64,000 nt of DNA from Chrysemys picta bellii (Eukaryota). The stretch is taken from the NCBI RefSeq assembly GCF_011386835.1, contig NC_088793.1:71114001-71178000 (forward strand), in the 5' to 3' direction. Made by a program: the position numbers and the translations under genes. Position 1 is the first letter of the stretch, and each line of letters opens with the position of its first letter. The notes below the pieces were generated by a model. That model had not been told where the DNA came from. It did no database searches and saw only the letters and a list, made by a program, of their open reading frames with translations. Positions 62,084 through 64,000 of the stretch are shown in pieces.

Positions 62084-63314
62084 GACTATACGTCTGAGTA
62101 GCGACAACTTGCCTGGGAAAGGGTGCAGATTCGGGGTCTGATCCAAAACCCACTGAAGTTGATGGGTGTGTTTCCATTTACTTCAATGGGCTTTGAGGAC
62201 CTTGGACCCCAATTTAGGAACATATGCTTGACTGACCCACTTTTTATATTTTATTAAAGAGCAAAATACATCTTACCATATAGTCCAAAATCATAATTAA
62301 CAGCATTTAAACTTTGTTTGGGAAAGAAAAAGAATATAAAAATATTCAAGCAGATTTTCTTTTACACATTATAGGGTGAATTCAGTATTTGGCAAGATTG
62401 TTCTTCCTACATAATCATCTCCTGAGTGTTTTTTCTATTAGCTAAAACTTTATAATTTTCTTTCAACTATAAAGCAAAGAATACAGTATACTCAAGTTAT
62501 ACTGAAGTCACAACTTCATTATGAAAAGAGGTTTGACCAGAAACTCAGTGCAAGTGGCAAAGTTGACCATTACTGTACAGTATCTGCAAGAAAATAAAAT
62601 AAATCCACATTGCTCAAATGGCACAACATGGCTGTGCCAAAATCAAAAACCTGGATATAATTAAAATCTCAGATAAGCTTCCAACATTAAAATTTTATAA
62701 ATAAGTACAAACTGAATGATATTGCTGAACTGTGAACCAAGAAAAAAAATCATGTAACAAGTTACCAAACTAGTTCTAGCATTAAAGACAAAAAAGGAAT
62801 GTTGGAACTTGTTTATACAATATAAATGAAAGTTTCCAGTTGTAGGATGAGAAAAATTGAGGCATGCAGGGACTTTTGCATATGGAGATATATATTTTAT
62901 ATATATTATATATAATATGTACAGTTTAGCTATAAAACTTTGATGTGTAAAGAAGCTGTCTTCAATGAAAAATTGAACATTCAGAGGAAATTCCTGAGTT
63001 AGGGTTTTGTGACATGGGTCACTGAGAAAAAAGCTGCAGTTGGGTCCTCAGAGGTGTTATGTCCATCCCTGTTAAGATTGAAATTAACATACAAAAACAG
63101 ACAGTGTTGCCACTGTTTAATTCCCTGCCTGAGCAAGGGATAGCACCATTGTGAAGATAACTCCTGCTTGTAGAGAGGAGGGAATACTTAAAAACAGTAT
63201 TGCTGCTAAGACCACTGTAGTGTGCACCAAATACGTTCTTCTAGACAACAAATGAATACTGCCACTGGCTGACTGAAGAACACCTGACCAGGTGTAATGT
63301 AAGGTTACAAGTCA

Positions 63315-63794
63315 CTAGGTGTAATCTTTCCTAGGCTGCTCATCTGTTGTACATTTATCAGTCATTTCCTGACAGAAGTCTACTGTCACTGTTTGGCTAC
63401 TCTGTTCTAGAGGGAGCTCTCTTTCTGAGTAAGTACCTTGGGCAGCTCCATCAAGCCCTCTTCCGGTTGTACAATTTTCGGAGACGTTGTTAGGTAGCCA
63501 GTGAGCTCCTAGTTGCACAGAGTCTTGCTCTGAGCAGCACTGCATGCCTTCCCCAACACACTGGGATGTCACTAGGTTTTGCTCTACTCCAGCTGGTGAA
63601 GGGTTGATATTGGTGGCTGTTGGTAGATCCATAGGCCTGAGAACAGGGCAATATCGGTGCAGGGCTTGGATCTGTTCAGGGCTCTGCATATCCCTACACA
63701 CTTCTTGGGAAAGACATGAGAAGTTATCTAACAATTCTCCCATGCATGCTTTCAGCTGATTCCTTTCAGACAGTAATTTCTCTTTCTCACACAC
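63315..63794 (-). CDS. BACH2: BACH2 last coding exon (end of bZIP zipper and C-terminal cytoplasmic localisation signal)
   Basis: VCEKEKLLSERNQLKACMGELLDNFSCLSQEVCRD..HRYCPVLRPMDLP..QTVTVDFCQEMTDKCTTDEQPRKDYT* is the BACH2 C-terminus; acceptor tttcag| at 63795; the first codon is GTG=Val, not a start. Confidence 0.97.
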   Translation of the reverse strand: MCEKEKLLSERNQLKACMGELLDNFSCLSQEVCRDMQSPEQIQALHRYCPVLRPMDLPTATNINPSPAGVEQNLVTSQCVGEGMQCCSEQDSVQLGAHWLPNNVSENCTTGRGLDGAAQGTYSERELPLEQSSQTVTVDFCQEMTDKCTTDEQPRKDYT

Positions 63795-64000
63795 CTGAAA
63801 AAGAAAGAAAGCATCTTAGCTTCATAAAAGGCCACTTACTGCAGTTAAGGCTCTATTCCAGTTTTACATGTTGCTTTATCCACTCTGTAAAATTACAGAC
63901 AACATTCTGATTTTGTATGGCACAGGATAAGTCACAGATACATGCAATACTTTGTCCTCTACCTGCTCTTCATGGACTTGTTGCTTGCATGCTACCATCT

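Larger units (their letters stand above)
56760..63314 (-). other. BACH2: BACH2 3' UTR (~6.5 kb), poly(A) signal AATAAA at 56781-56776 on the minus strand
   Basis: AT-rich, repeat-poor sequence after the stop; plus-strand tttatt at 56776-56781 with a U-rich element beyond it. The 3' end is inferred. Confidence 0.7.

Overview
Vertebrate genomic DNA, almost certainly turtle (judged from a tortoise-type tRNA/CR1 SINE, CR1, and abundant hAT, Harbinger and Penelope-type repeats). It carries the syntenic block CASP8AP2(+), GJA10(+), BACH2(-). CASP8AP2/FLASH: all 9 coding exons traced (498..26022), giving 1934 aa with consistent GT-AG phases. GJA10: a large coding exon (45410..46939) plus a 12-codon terminal exon missed by the ORF track (53836..53874, SMLLELSSIMKK). 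BACH2: the last coding exon (63315..63794) and a ~6.5 kb 3' UTR containing a 132-N gap. The most notable observations are: the FLASH LDLY motif reads LNLF; skipping exons 7+8 gives an in-frame 190-aa mini-FLASH; an inverted pair of hAT elements flanks exon 7; several fold-back Penelope-type remnants carry decayed hammerhead ribozyme cores; and a 30-nt hairpin/TGAGTCA motif is duplicated in the BACH2 3' UTR. All calls were made by eye from recalled family knowledge and no searches were run. CASP8AP2 exon numbers assume one upstream non-coding exon outside the window.
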